Positions 1 to 10,388 of a DNA stretch of 64,000 bases are shown here, in pieces. Under the pieces are notes generated by a model. The model worked only from the letters and a program-made list of their open reading frames with translations. It had not been told where the DNA came from and searched no databases. Source of the DNA: Candidatus Binatia bacterium. GTDB taxonomy: Bacteria > Desulfobacterota > Binatia > Bin18. Each line of letters begins with the position of its first letter. Within the stretch, counting starts at the first letter, position 1. A program made the position numbers and the translations under genes. The stretch spans positions 11,800 to 75,799 of the forward strand of contig CAXXHG010000035.1 in the NCBI GenBank assembly GCA_963666315.2, read 5' to 3'.

Positions 1-1226
1 TAACCCCCGCCCATGATCAGCGGTGATGCACCGTCGATGCCATCCACGTGTGGGCGTCCGCCCCAACCGCCAAAGAATACGTCCATAAAAGACTGATATT
101 TACCCTCAGTGTGAGAGTTGAAGTGCAGCATGTCGGCACCCTCGCCCACCCCGCCGAGCTTTCCTGGCAGGGCCTTGGCGATGGCTCGATACACCATATT
201 GCTGAGCGCCATCATGAGCGAAGCGCGCCCGCCCACCGCCGCCGGATAACGCGGATTCAGTAATGTCCCGGACGGTACTATAACGTCAATCGCCCGTGCG
301 AAGCCGCTATTCGTAATCACGTCGCTGGGCACGATCGACTTGAACGGCGAGCGCGTCATGGCTTTGGTCGATACCAATGGTGCGTTAATGGACGCGTTGA
401 CCTGCGGGGGAGTGGACGACAAATCAATGGTGGCGTGGTCGTCTTCGATCCGGATCACCACGTCCAGCAGGACTGGACCGTCCGTCACCTCATTTTCATC
501 CTCGAATAGCAGCTCTTCCCGATACTCACCCGAAGGAATTTGTTGAATGGCTTTTCTGGTGGCGCGTTCGGCGGACTCGACCAGGTAGGCGCAGGTCGCA
601 TTGAATTGCTCCAGACCATATTTATCGATCAGCTTGGCAAGCTGCTTCTGGCCTTTCCAGCAACTGGCCACCTTTGCGTCAACGTCTCCCTCCCATTCTT
701 CAGGTGTACGTACATTCGACACGATCAGCTCAATTAGGGTGTCATTGCGTTTCCCCGCGTCATATAGCTTCAGCATCGAAATGCGGATGCCTTCCTCAAA
801 GCTGGATTGGCACAGGCTGGAAATACCCCCCGCAAAGCGACCGCCGACATCGGTATGGTGCGAGTACGAAATCAAAAAGCCGGCGAGCTGTCCGTTCCAA
901 AAGGCCGGCGCGATCAAGGTGATATCCGGCATATGGGAAATACCGCAGTAGGGGTCATTGGCAATGATGATATCGCCAGGCTGAAGTGTATCCCCGTGCT
1001 TGGCCAGAACATTCTCCATGGTGTCGATAAAGACACACATCTGATACGGAGAGCCTCCCTCTCCGACGAGGCGACCGTGACGATCGCACACCGCCGTGGC
1101 GAAATCGCCGACTTTACACATGCCCGAGCGACCGGTCCGATACACGGTCAGCGCCATCTCCTCGGTGATCGCCGCAATTTGGTTTCTGATGACTTCGACT
1201 AAAATCGGATCAAACGGTCGCGCCAT
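1..1226 (-). CDS. Hydantoinase B/oxoprolinase family protein (runs off the left edge)
   Basis: Not in the ORF track. Manual minus-strand translation from ATG 1226 (GGAGG upstream) gives MARPFDPILVEVIRNQIAAITEEMALTVYRTGRSGMCKVGDFATAVCD, the typical HyuB N-terminus. Confidence 0.85.
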   Translation of the reverse strand, partial: MARPFDPILVEVIRNQIAAITEEMALTVYRTGRSGMCKVGDFATAVCDRHGRLVGEGGSPYQMCVFIDTMENVLAKHGDTLQPGDIIIANDPYCGISHMPDITLIAPAFWNGQLAGFLISYSHHTDVGGRFAGGISSLCQSSFEEGIRISMLKLYDAGKRNDTLIELIVSNVRTPEEWEGDVDAKVASCWKGQKQLAKLIDKYGLEQFNATCAYLVESAERATRKAIQQIPSGEYREELLFEDENEVTDGPVLLDVVIRIEDDHATIDLSSTPPQVNASINAPLVSTKAMTRSPFKSIVPSDVITNSGFARAIDVIVPSGTLLNPRYPAAVGGRASLMMALSNMVYRAIAKALPGKLGGVGEGADMLHFNSHTEGKYQSFMDVFFGGWGGRPHVDGIDGASPLIMGGG

Positions 1227-1254
1227 GCATCCTCCCTGGCTCGTTCCTGTACCG

Positions 1255-1704
1255 CTAGCCCTCATTCTCCGGACCAGAAGAGTCGGTCGTGATCCGGCGT
1301 GACTTGAACTTCCACTCCCCATCGACTTTGGCGTACTCGTCGTTATACCAACCTCTCATTTCCCACTTTTTGCCCTCTCGTTTCATGTGGACCTCCACAT
1401 AACACGTCCCCTTGGCCTGATCTGGCCCAAGCAGCTCGATCACATGGTTATGGATGAATGGCCGCGGCTTCATTTGGTCCAACCCACTACTGATCATCTT
1501 GCGCAATCCCTCTCGTCCCTGCGCGCCCGGCAGGTTGGGATCGTCGATCGAGAACGAGCCGTCTTCGGTAAAGAGGTTGACGTATCCGTCCAAGTCTTGT
1601 TGCCACACGCAGTGGCAATACTGCAGGGGCAGATTGCGAATCGCTTCCCGATCAATCATGTCCCGCAATTCTTGCATTTGGGCTTCAGTACTCTTGTCTG
1701 CCAT
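1255..1704 (-). CDS. SnoaL-like/NTF2 family protein
   Basis: DREAIRNL..YC...DLDGYVNLFTEDG and Y.DEYAKVDGEWKFKSR pattern; GGAGG RBS before ATG 1704. Confidence 0.85.
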   Translation of the reverse strand: MADKSTEAQMQELRDMIDREAIRNLPLQYCHCVWQQDLDGYVNLFTEDGSFSIDDPNLPGAQGREGLRKMISSGLDQMKPRPFIHNHVIELLGPDQAKGTCYVEVHMKREGKKWEMRGWYNDEYAKVDGEWKFKSRRITTDSSGPENEG

Positions 1705-1745
1705 ATGGTCCTCCTTTTTGGTTGGCATCGTATTGTAGTAGTAGC

Positions 1746-1776
1746 GTAGGTCGGATTAGCGTAGCGTAATCCGACA
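1746..1776 (+). repeat. GTAG-type REP-like palindrome
   Basis: GTAG GTCGGATTA-GCGTAGCG-TAATCCGAC; related copies at 7443, 56176 and 58635. Confidence 0.75.
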
Positions 1777-1786
1777 CCACACTCCG

Positions 1787-2614
1787 TCACTCCGGCATAA
1801 ACGAAGGACTGCCCGTCTTAGCGGTTTGACCACCGTCGGCAACAAACGCAGCGCCCGTCACAAACGAAGCCAAGTTAGAGGCCAGGAACAGGATGACATT
1901 TGCCATTTCTTCCGGCTTCCCCAGCCGGCCCATCGGGATGACCTGATCGAATTTCTCCGCAAATCCCGGCTGCTCCAACGCGGGCGCAATCAGCGGTGTG
2001 TCTATTGCACCGGGACAAATGCAATTGGCCCGGATGCCGTGGCGCGCGTATTCTATAGCAACAACACGGGTGAGATTGATCACGCCGGCCTTGGCTGCGT
2101 TATACGCGGCAATACCGTAGTCGGCTCGCAGGCCAGAGATCGACGCGGTGTTCACAATTGCGCCACCGCCGTTTTGACGCATGACCGGGATGGCCTTTTT
2201 CATAGCGCGAAAGACAGAAGATAAACCTAGACCAATCATATGATCCCAGATGTCGTCAGCTAGGTCGGCTACGCGTGCGGCCACTTCGTTAGTTCCCTGC
2301 GGACTGGCCAGACCAAAGGCGTTGTTATGCAGAAAATCGAGTCGGCCAAACTCGTCCGTAATCCGTGCCAGCATCATGTCGAGATCAGCTTGCTTGGTGA
2401 CATCGGCGATGATGGCAATAGCTTTTCCGCCTGCCGCAGTGATTTCAGACACAACCTTGTTTGCATTCGCCTCATTAAAATCAGCAACTCCGACCGCGCC
2501 ACCACGCTGGGCGAACCCAATTGCGGTCGCGCGTCCAATGCCAGAGGCGGCTCCAGTCACTAATCCAACTTTGCCAGTAAAATCCATTTCTCTATTCCCC
2601 TGATCAATCGCCAC
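1787..2614 (-). CDS. SDR family oxidoreductase
   Basis: TGAASGIG, NNAFG and YNAAK motifs. Confidence 0.92.
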   Translation of the reverse strand: MAIDQGNREMDFTGKVGLVTGAASGIGRATAIGFAQRGGAVGVADFNEANANKVVSEITAAGGKAIAIIADVTKQADLDMMLARITDEFGRLDFLHNNAFGLASPQGTNEVAARVADLADDIWDHMIGLGLSSVFRAMKKAIPVMRQNGGGAIVNTASISGLRADYGIAAYNAAKAGVINLTRVVAIEYARHGIRANCICPGAIDTPLIAPALEQPGFAEKFDQVIPMGRLGKPEEMANVILFLASNLASFVTGAAFVADGGQTAKTGSPSFMPE

Positions 2615-3732
2615 TATGCTAAATTGAAGACGCGGGCGCCATTATCCCAAAACAGCTTTCGCTTAGACTCTTCCGGAATAGGCTGGTCGAGCATGGCTTT
2701 CACTCCCCACGGAAAAGTGCCGTCCGGATGCGGATAGTCGGAATCCCAGGTGAAATTATCGTCGCCGACCAATTCGACTGCCGCCTTCATGGTCGGTTCG
2801 TCACCACGGAAGGCCACACATATATTGCTACGAAAGTATTCGGTCGGCCGCCGGGTGAGGTATTCGTGCTCAGCGTTCCCGCTGAAGTCCCAATGCTGCT
2901 CCATACGTTGCAGCCAGTACGGGGTCCAGCCGCCGTCTCCCTCGACGTGAATGACTTTGAACTGAGGGAACTTCTCGAAAATGCCAAACCAGATCAGGCC
3001 TGCCATGGCGGCCATGGCTTCAAACGGATGTGACAGAATATGGCCGCTGGTATGCGTATCCATACGGTCGCCAAACGACGGCACAGACGAAGACGCCGAG
3101 TCGTGGGTTGAGATGGGTTTACCGATCTTCTCAATCTCGGCCCACAGCGGGTGATAGTCTTCGTGCCACAACGTGCGGCCGCCGACTGGGTTCGGACGCA
3201 TATAATAGCTGACACAGCCTTTCTCAGACGCGCGCTGCGCTTCTTTGATGGCTTCTTCTGGTTCCTGCATGGGCAGGGCGGCCGCCCAACGCAACCGCTC
3301 GGGCGCCTCGGCCGTATAGTCAGCCGCCCAGTTGTTATAGGCGCGACAGCAGGCGGCCAGCAGCTTGGTGTCACGGAACTCGCGGCCCAGCATCTGACCG
3401 GTGAAGGTCGGATAGAGAATTTGGACGTCCACGCCTTGCTCGTCCATATCCTGGATACGACTCTTGGCATTAAAGCCAGTGCCTTTGGCTCGGTCAAAGC
3501 GGTCCATGGCCTTATACGCAGCCTTGAGAAATGCTTTGGCGGCCATGGGGTATTTGCCCTTTTCACGCGTAAACGACTCACCCTCGACGAGAAAGGTGCG
3601 GCGTCCCGACCCCGGCGCGTCACCCATCCTCGGAGCCTCTGACTTGTAGGCGTCCTCCATGTGACGCTCCCATAACCAATCGGGTTCCATCATGTGCGAG
3701 TCCGTATCAACAATTTTGAATCCGTCGCGCAT
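2614..3732 (-). CDS. Amidohydrolase family protein (Amidohydro_2)
   Basis: D.DSH, DMDEQGVD..ILYPT and WDSDYPHPD motifs. Confidence 0.9.
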   Translation of the reverse strand: MRDGFKIVDTDSHMMEPDWLWERHMEDAYKSEAPRMGDAPGSGRRTFLVEGESFTREKGKYPMAAKAFLKAAYKAMDRFDRAKGTGFNAKSRIQDMDEQGVDVQILYPTFTGQMLGREFRDTKLLAACCRAYNNWAADYTAEAPERLRWAAALPMQEPEEAIKEAQRASEKGCVSYYMRPNPVGGRTLWHEDYHPLWAEIEKIGKPISTHDSASSSVPSFGDRMDTHTSGHILSHPFEAMAAMAGLIWFGIFEKFPQFKVIHVEGDGGWTPYWLQRMEQHWDFSGNAEHEYLTRRPTEYFRSNICVAFRGDEPTMKAAVELVGDDNFTWDSDYPHPDGTFPWGVKAMLDQPIPEESKRKLFWDNGARVFNLA

Positions 3733-3822
3733 AGTCTATTCCCTCCGATTTTGGTTGCCCTTGTTAATATCCGTTCAGGGAGTCGTTTGTCATCACCTGT
3801 GCCATCACCTTGGAGTGCATGT

Positions 3823-5010
3823 TCAGCCTTTAGGCAGCCTGAGCACCCGTTCGCCGATGATATTATGCTGAATTTCGTTGGTGCCGGCCGCGATCGTACT
3901 GCGCCGTGCCGCCAGCATTCGGTGTGACCATTTGCCGCGGTCAATGGCGCCACTGGCCTGATATTCGAACTGGCTATAAGGCCCCAACAGCTCCATGGCA
4001 AACTCCTGCATACGCAGGTTCAGACCACTCGTGCCCAGTTTCATGATGGACCCTTCCGGCCCAGGTGGGAGTCCTTTGAGCTGGCTGGTGAGCTGACGAA
4101 AACTGGTGTACTTGAGGGCCGCAGCCTCGCACGCAAAGCCGGCCAGACTTTGCCGCACATAGCTATCCTCCCAAGCTGGGCGGCCGCCACGGTCCACTTT
4201 TTTTGCTAATTCGGCCAGCTGTCTGACCTCGACCATCATGTCGGTGCGTCCGCCGTGTATCGTCCGCTCGAACATCATGTTGGTCATGGCGACCCTCCAG
4301 CCCTCGTTTTTCCGGCCAACGAGATTGGCCATCGGGACCTGGACGTCGTCAAAAAATACTTGGTTGAAGCCACTCTCCCCGGTCATCTGCACCAGCGGCC
4401 GCACGGTGATGCCCGGGCTCTTCATATCGACCAGGAGATAACTGAGTCCTTTATGCTTAGGCACATCAGGGTCGGTCCGACACAGCAGCGTGCTGAAGTC
4501 AGCCCGGTGGGCGTTTGAGGTCCAGACCTTGGCGCCATTGACGAGGAAGTGGTCGCCCTGGTCGACGGCGCGTGTCTGGACTGCGGCGAGGTCGGAGCCG
4601 TGGTCTGGCTCCGACAGGCCCTGGCACCAGATTTCCTCAGCCGGTGGAATCTTGGGGATATAGCGCTGCTTCTGCTCCGGGGTGCCCCATTGCATGAGGG
4701 TTGGACCCACCCGCGCGATGCCCTGAAAATTGACCGTCGGCGGTGCTTTGGCGCGGTCGAGTTCCTGATTGTAAATAACTTGCTGTATCAGGCTCGCGCC
4801 GCGGCCACCAAACTCCTGGGGCCAGTGGATACACATCCAGCCATTGTCGTATAGCTGGCGATGCCAGGCACGACGGCGCTCGAACTCCTCCGTGGTGTCA
4901 GGATCGTGTAATTCTTCGTCGTCCCGCCAGTCGTGGGGGATGTTCTTTTCGAGCCAACTTCTAAATTCCTGCCGAAAGGCCTCATCTTGTGAGCTGAATT
5001 TGAAATCCAT
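3823..5010 (-). CDS. Acyl-CoA dehydrogenase
   Basis: WCQGLSEPDHGSDLA, NGAKVWTS and TIAAGTNEIQ motifs. Confidence 0.93.
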   Translation of the reverse strand: MDFKFSSQDEAFRQEFRSWLEKNIPHDWRDDEELHDPDTTEEFERRRAWHRQLYDNGWMCIHWPQEFGGRGASLIQQVIYNQELDRAKAPPTVNFQGIARVGPTLMQWGTPEQKQRYIPKIPPAEEIWCQGLSEPDHGSDLAAVQTRAVDQGDHFLVNGAKVWTSNAHRADFSTLLCRTDPDVPKHKGLSYLLVDMKSPGITVRPLVQMTGESGFNQVFFDDVQVPMANLVGRKNEGWRVAMTNMMFERTIHGGRTDMMVEVRQLAELAKKVDRGGRPAWEDSYVRQSLAGFACEAAALKYTSFRQLTSQLKGLPPGPEGSIMKLGTSGLNLRMQEFAMELLGPYSQFEYQASGAIDRGKWSHRMLAARRSTIAAGTNEIQHNIIGERVLRLPKG

Positions 5011-5024
5011 ACCGGCTGCCTTTC

Positions 5025-5417
5025 TTATCCGATCTTGAAAGCGCCTTCGCTATCGAGCTGGGTGAGGATTTGCATCCAAAAACCAAACGTAACGCCTCCG
5101 CCAGGAATCGCCGCAGATTGTCCGGCTTCGAACAATTCACGCTTTGTGGCGCCATGCTCTAATGCCCGTTTGAGATGGGCTACAGCTCCTTCCTTGCGTC
5201 CGGAGAATGCCAGAATGCCGGTCATAATCATCTCGCGGTATTTGACTGGGAGGGCCTGTCCTTCTTTGGTGCCTTGCTCCGTGTACGCCCTGAATGCCTT
5301 GAAATAGTCCGCATCTTGTTGCGCCATCCAATCGAGAAACGCATAGAGTTGCGGGTCAGCTTCTGTATACGAACTCGTTGCGGTCTTCACGGCTGAATAA
5401 TTCTGCGATGTACTCAT
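5025..5417 (-). CDS. Carboxymuconolactone decarboxylase (CMD/AhpD-like) family protein
   Basis: LPVKYREMI...HLKRALEHGATKREL; start moved to ATG 5417 after AAGGAG. Confidence 0.75.
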   Translation of the reverse strand: MSTSQNYSAVKTATSSYTEADPQLYAFLDWMAQQDADYFKAFRAYTEQGTKEGQALPVKYREMIMTGILAFSGRKEGAVAHLKRALEHGATKRELFEAGQSAAIPGGGVTFGFWMQILTQLDSEGAFKIG

Positions 5418-5570
5418 CGTGTTCTCCTTGTGTCCTCCCTTTTCTTCCGCCATACCATCTCGCGTCGCTGTGGCCAAGAGATTGGCTTTCATCTTACCCA
5501 GCATTGAGATCAACGTTTCGTTTGATATTCCCCCGCTGCCTGCTACGGTATGCCCAGAGAGGGAGGTAAT

Positions 5571-5999
5571 ATGCGACTCTGTACTCATCATCAGCTATGG
5601 CTTTGGAGCAGTTTTCTGCTGATTCTCTTTGGGTTGAGTGGCGGTGTGGCGGCAGCCGCGGGACAGGGCTGGGAGCGGTATAGCCATGAGTCAACGCTGG
5701 AAGTGCTGACCATTGATTCCGAGGGGGAAGAGCATTGGTCCGCATTCTGGCTGGTGGTGCTAGACGGCCAGTGCTACCTACGGCTGGGGACCCGCGGCGC
5801 CGAGCGCATCGAGAGGAATACCAAGCAACCTCACGTCTCTATCAAGATCGCAGGACAGAGATCCGATCAGGTACTGGTCATTCGAGCTCCCGAGATGGCC
5901 GAGGCAGTCGCCGCAGCCATGGCGGAGAAGTATTGGTCAGATCTGTACGTACGATATTTCCCACATCCGATGACCGTCCGGCTCGAAATGGGAGAGTAG
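5571..5999 (+). CDS. Exported DUF2255-like split-barrel protein
   Basis: Signal-like N-terminus; W.V.LDGQ.YLR and AM.EKY pattern; GGAGG RBS. Confidence 0.55.
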   Translation: MRLCTHHQLWLWSSFLLILFGLSGGVAAAAGQGWERYSHESTLEVLTIDSEGEEHWSAFWLVVLDGQCYLRLGTRGAERIERNTKQPHVSIKIAGQRSDQVLVIRAPEMAEAVAAAMAEKYWSDLYVRYFPHPMTVRLEMGE

Positions 6000-6027
6000 G
6001 GAGAGGCGTTGCTTAAGGAAATGCTCG

Positions 6028-6330
6028 GTGAAAAAGTCTAAATCAATCGTTGCAAACGACGCGGCTGAGCTTGCCGATATCCTTGGCCTTTCTTCAGTTG
6101 ATGGTGTAGAGATTCAGCTCAGGGGTGATCTGGACGACAAGATTTGAGGCTGTAAATAAAGCGGGGCTCACCCATGTGCAGGTTGCCAAACTGGCACGGA
6201 CGTCTCGTTCGCGGACTACCGCTATCCTCAACCGTAATACGAAAGACGTTTCCACGGATCTGATGTTGCGTATCCTGGCGAGCTTAGGCTACCGGGCCAA
6301 GGTGACCTTTTCACGGGCAGCGAAGAGCGG
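6028..6330 (+). pseudogene. XRE/HigA-like HTH antitoxin, frameshifted
   Basis: MKKSKSIVANDAAELADILGL..LDDKI, frameshift near 6145, then EAVNKAGLTHVQVAKLARTSRSR..STDLMLRILASLG. Confidence 0.7.
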
Positions 6331-6341
6331 TCGATCCTGCG

Positions 6342-7427
6342 TTACCCATCCTCCCGCCACTCCAGCCAGCGCCCGTGGGAGTGAGCGTTGGCAACATGTC
6401 GTTTGCTATAGCTGCCTTTGTTGAAGTCCCGGATGAGGAGCTGGCTCCAGCCTTCTGGGAGTTCGTCCATAATGATGACGGATACGGGCCGGGAGGCTGA
6501 GAACTCAGTCAGCAGAGTCCACAAAGCTTTACGCGCTTCGGGTGTGAACTGGTTAAGCACCCTTGACGCGTACAGGCATAAGCACGAATCGGCTGGGGCC
6601 TGTGACAACAGAGCTGGCAGATGGGTCAGTGCATCGCCCGTGACGATAGGGACAGGATGTTCCCGTGCGACGCGAGCGGCGGCTTCAATTGTTTGCTGTC
6701 GATGTAGATGTTCCGGAAAGATGAGCGCGCGTAGCCAGCGCATGGCATCCGTATCGGTCACGTCGATAGGATTAAGGTCGATACCCGTACGCCACTCGAT
6801 ACGCAGATCTTCGGGCAGGGGAGGGAGCGGAACTGTTCCCCGGACTTGTGTTGAAAGATGAACGGGCGAGTTCTCATCTCCCCACTCCGTGTGTTGGCCC
6901 GACGGATACTCATAGCGATGATGGTAGCGATCCCAATGTAAATTCAATCCCGCGCTTGTTCCGATTTCAATTAATGACAGCGGCAGATTTCCTGCCTCCC
7001 TCGCTATGAGGGCGAAGATGGGCAATAGGCAAGTCGTGCGACGGACGACGTTTGTTTGGACTAAACGTGTGGCAATCAGCTTTCGGATCGTATCGACATG
7101 GGTCCGGACAAAATCTTGAAAGAGGGGATATGTCTCTTGGGCTGGTGTGCGTGGTGTCTTTTCCGATGCAACGACGTCCGGGTAGAAATCACGCAAAGGA
7201 TGCTGAATCCCACCAAGCAGTAGGTAATGTACGGACGCAAACAATATGTTTGCCGATAGCTGTGAGGGCGGACAGCCGGCGGCTAGCTGCAGCATGTCGG
7301 GGTCATCAAGTACGCCCAAGCATAGAGTGTGGTAGACCGGGGAGCCGGCTTCGGGTGCCTGGCGGAGGCCGAAGTTTTGGAAATAGGCGCGGACCTTGTC
7401 GAGATCGCTGGTTGGCTGAGCAGGCAT
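6342..7427 (-). CDS. DUF2332 family protein
   Basis: QTNVVRR, LIEIGTSAGLNL.WDRY and GIDLNP motifs. Confidence 0.85.
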   Translation of the reverse strand: MPAQPTSDLDKVRAYFQNFGLRQAPEAGSPVYHTLCLGVLDDPDMLQLAAGCPPSQLSANILFASVHYLLLGGIQHPLRDFYPDVVASEKTPRTPAQETYPLFQDFVRTHVDTIRKLIATRLVQTNVVRRTTCLLPIFALIAREAGNLPLSLIEIGTSAGLNLHWDRYHHRYEYPSGQHTEWGDENSPVHLSTQVRGTVPLPPLPEDLRIEWRTGIDLNPIDVTDTDAMRWLRALIFPEHLHRQQTIEAAARVAREHPVPIVTGDALTHLPALLSQAPADSCLCLYASRVLNQFTPEARKALWTLLTEFSASRPVSVIIMDELPEGWSQLLIRDFNKGSYSKRHVANAHSHGRWLEWREDG

Positions 7428-7442
7428 GAGTGTAACATTGAT

Positions 7443-7473
7443 TGTCGGGTTACGCTCCGCTAACCCGACCTAC
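7443..7473 (-). repeat. GTAG-type REP-like palindrome
   Basis: Reverse-oriented relative of the 1746 copy. Confidence 0.75.
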
Positions 7474-7497
7474 GGTTTACGGTTTGTACGATGATAA

Positions 7498-8469
7498 TTA
7501 GCCGCCAAAATAGCTCTTCGGATTTTTGACCATCATGGTATGAATGGTCCCTTCGCTCACGCCGGCTTTGCCGAGGGTGGGAATGATATTCTTCAGAATA
7601 TGAGAGTAATTATTATTCGGGCAGGCTTCCATGAATTTGTCCCAGGCCGGGCTGGGCCGTCCCATCAGACAGTGCACAGCATCGTGCGAGAGCATGATCC
7701 GGTCATAGCCGACGGCGAGTAAGCCTATCAGCGAGGCCAGACGCATTTTATCCGGGGCAATGATGTCGATCCCGAACCGATCAAAGCCTATCCATGCGCC
7801 CCGATCCAAAATGTCAAAGTAATAGCGCATATCCCCCACACCACAGGCATGGCCGATCAGCACGCGGTTAAAATCAACGCCTTCCTCCTCAAACACGTCC
7901 AAGGTCTCTCGGCCAAACGGACCAAGCTCATCGTTGTGACACAGGATAGGCATCCCCGTGGCCTTGTGGGCCCGGGCCGCTGCCCGCAGACAGGTTTCCT
8001 CATGTTTCCCAATAGACGTAGCAGTCTCGGTCATGCCCGGAATTCCACCCGTGGCGGTTTTGATGAGGCCGGCTTTAATGCCGGTCTTACCGATCCCCTC
8101 GGTGATCTCGCGCACATAGATCTCGGCGATATCGTCTGCGGCTAGGCTGCGAAAGTGGGGCGGAATGCCGAGCGCTTCGTTGTACAGCCCGGTGGCTACT
8201 ATGACGTTGAGGCCGGACTTGTCGGCACATTCAGCGGCAAACTCGGGGTCACGGCCCAATTCCATGGGGCAGGGATCAACAAAGGATGTAACTCCTAGTG
8301 ATTTAATCTCTTTGAGCTTTTCTACTGCTCCAGCGATTTCTTTTTTGCGATCAAAGCTCGTATTGTCCCACTCGTAGCCAGGAAAGCCGACCGTCAAATG
8401 CTCGTGGATCAGCGTAAACCCTAGGTCATCGGTTGAACGGTCTCCCAGTACTGTCTGAACGTTTGCCAT
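7498..8469 (-). CDS. Phosphotriesterase-family metallohydrolase
   Basis: TLIHEH, GLIK, CH, IGH and LSHD metal-ligand motifs. Confidence 0.9.
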   Translation of the reverse strand: MANVQTVLGDRSTDDLGFTLIHEHLTVGFPGYEWDNTSFDRKKEIAGAVEKLKEIKSLGVTSFVDPCPMELGRDPEFAAECADKSGLNVIVATGLYNEALGIPPHFRSLAADDIAEIYVREITEGIGKTGIKAGLIKTATGGIPGMTETATSIGKHEETCLRAAARAHKATGMPILCHNDELGPFGRETLDVFEEEGVDFNRVLIGHACGVGDMRYYFDILDRGAWIGFDRFGIDIIAPDKMRLASLIGLLAVGYDRIMLSHDAVHCLMGRPSPAWDKFMEACPNNNYSHILKNIIPTLGKAGVSEGTIHTMMVKNPKSYFGG

Positions 8470-8575
8470 ACGTGTATCTCCTTTTTGGTGAGTATAGGGT
8501 TCTCAAATCACAACCCAGACACGGCTGCAAGGAGGCCGTATCCGAATACTCGCTCTTACCCCCGGCGAGCGCTCA

Positions 8576-9448
8576 TCAGCGGGGAGCAAAGGCCTCAAGA
8601 GCCCGCTCGTCGGGCAAACTATTATCGTCGCAGCGGAGCGGCATGAGGCAGACGTGGCTGGCTCCTGCCGCCAACTGGGCGTCGATCTTGTCTTGGATCT
8701 GCTCTTCACTGCCCCAGGCCACCATGGTGTCGATGAGCCGATCGCTGCCCCCGTTCTCAAAATCTGTATCTGCGAACCCTTGCGCCCGGAGAATCCGTTG
8801 GTAGTTCTCCTGGGAGGCATAAAAGCTCAAGTGCTCGCGGGCGCGGGTACGAGCTTTGACCGCGTCCCGCTCTAGAATCACAATCAGACTGGGGCATACC
8901 CATGCCTCTGGCCCCATGAGCGCCCGCGCGTTTTCCGTATGATCCGGCAGGCACAGATAGGTATGCGTACCGTGCGTTTCGCGGGCGGCGAGACCGAGCG
9001 ATTTTGGATGCAGCGCTGCAAGAACCAAGGGTGGCTCTGCTTCAGGCGCGACAGCTTTGTACAGAGCATCTTTCATTTTTGTAATGTATTCGCTCAGATA
9101 GCTAAACGGCTTGGTGTAGTTGTGTCCGCGCCAGTCTGCAACCAAAGAGCGGTGACTGACACCAATGCCCAGGATGAACCGATTTGGCGCAAACTCGGCC
9201 AGCGTCTTTGCGGATGCCGCCATGGTCACGGGATCGCGGACCCAGATGTTGGCGATCCCGGTCGCGTAAATCAGGCTGTCGGTGTTGGCCAGCAAATAGG
9301 AGCCGTGGGCAAAGGGCTCGCGGCCCCAGGCCTCAGGGGACCACACAACCTTATAGCCCATCTTCTCGATTCTGCGACAAAACGCGATACTTTCCTGGGC
9401 TGACATCGCGTCCATGAAAGCAAAGGCACCGACCTGACCAAGTTCCAT
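8576..9448 (-). CDS. LLM class F420-dependent oxidoreductase (TIGR03620-like)
   Basis: ATGIANIW.RD, RFILGIGVSH and LAALHPK motifs. Confidence 0.88.
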   Translation of the reverse strand: MELGQVGAFAFMDAMSAQESIAFCRRIEKMGYKVVWSPEAWGREPFAHGSYLLANTDSLIYATGIANIWVRDPVTMAASAKTLAEFAPNRFILGIGVSHRSLVADWRGHNYTKPFSYLSEYITKMKDALYKAVAPEAEPPLVLAALHPKSLGLAARETHGTHTYLCLPDHTENARALMGPEAWVCPSLIVILERDAVKARTRAREHLSFYASQENYQRILRAQGFADTDFENGGSDRLIDTMVAWGSEEQIQDKIDAQLAAGASHVCLMPLRCDDNSLPDERALEAFAPR

Positions 9449-9471
9449 TTTATCTTCTTCCGATTCGTTCT

Positions 9472-10368
9472 TTAGGTGCCGCTCGCAACGGCCGGCTGCT
9501 CAATATCGTAAGGGATATCCAGTGTGGTCACACGCCGTAGCTCGCGACGATGCTTAGTGTCTTCGAAGGGTCGGGCACGATGCATGGTGGCGCGATTGTC
9601 ATAGATGACGAGGTCGCCGACGTGCCACGAATGACGGTAGACAAACTCTGGTTGGGTAGCATGCTCCATTAATTCGAGCAGCAGGAGTCGCCCTTCGGGT
9701 ACCGGCCAGTCGATGATTTTCGATGCATGCGCCGCAACATAGAGTGACTTGCGATTTGAGCCGGAGAGGGTGCGGATGAGGAGATGGACGGCGCCTTTTA
9801 AGATGTCTTGCTCATCCTTGGAAAATTCAAAACCGAGTATTTCCCGTGAGTGCGCAATCGAGTGATGGACGCGCAGTCCCTCAATCCGGGCTTTCATCTC
9901 CAGAGGTAGCGCGTCATACGCCGCTCGCATGTCAGCGTATTCTGTATCTGCTGCAACAGGAGGGACGACTCTTGCAAAGAGCATGGAGTAGCGTCCGGGT
10001 GGATCTTGGAATGACGCATCAGTGTGCCACAATCGATTACCTAGTCCGTACATGCGTCGGCGGTCGTCGGACTTCTGTACTTCCCCATTTGCGTCGAGGT
10101 TGGAGACATCGGCCAGCGCCTCGTTGCCGAAGCGGTTTTTCTGGAAGGCGCTGATCCCAGTTTTTGTGTGCAACTGGCCGTCCAGTCGCTGGGCAAAGGC
10201 GAGGTGTTCGTCGTCACTAAAAGCCTGGTCGCGGAAAATAACGATGGCATACTCATCCATCCCGGCTCGAATCTGAGTCAGCGTCTCGTAATCATATACC
10301 TGGCGAAGATCTAGCGGACTGACCTCTGCGACGAAGTGTGGATGCAGTTTGCGGAATGTCAGGGTCAT
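9472..10368 (-). CDS. TauD/TfdA family Fe(II)/2-oxoglutarate dioxygenase
   Basis: WHTDASF (HxD) and DNRATMHR motifs. Confidence 0.92.
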   Translation of the reverse strand: MTLTFRKLHPHFVAEVSPLDLRQVYDYETLTQIRAGMDEYAIVIFRDQAFSDDEHLAFAQRLDGQLHTKTGISAFQKNRFGNEALADVSNLDANGEVQKSDDRRRMYGLGNRLWHTDASFQDPPGRYSMLFARVVPPVAADTEYADMRAAYDALPLEMKARIEGLRVHHSIAHSREILGFEFSKDEQDILKGAVHLLIRTLSGSNRKSLYVAAHASKIIDWPVPEGRLLLLELMEHATQPEFVYRHSWHVGDLVIYDNRATMHRARPFEDTKHRRELRRVTTLDIPYDIEQPAVASGT

Positions 10369-10388
10369 GGGAGAGTGCTCCTCCTTGC

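Noticed and set aside
48-1302. Several + strand ORFs at the window start
   Set aside because: They are shadows of the minus-strand hydantoinase B gene.
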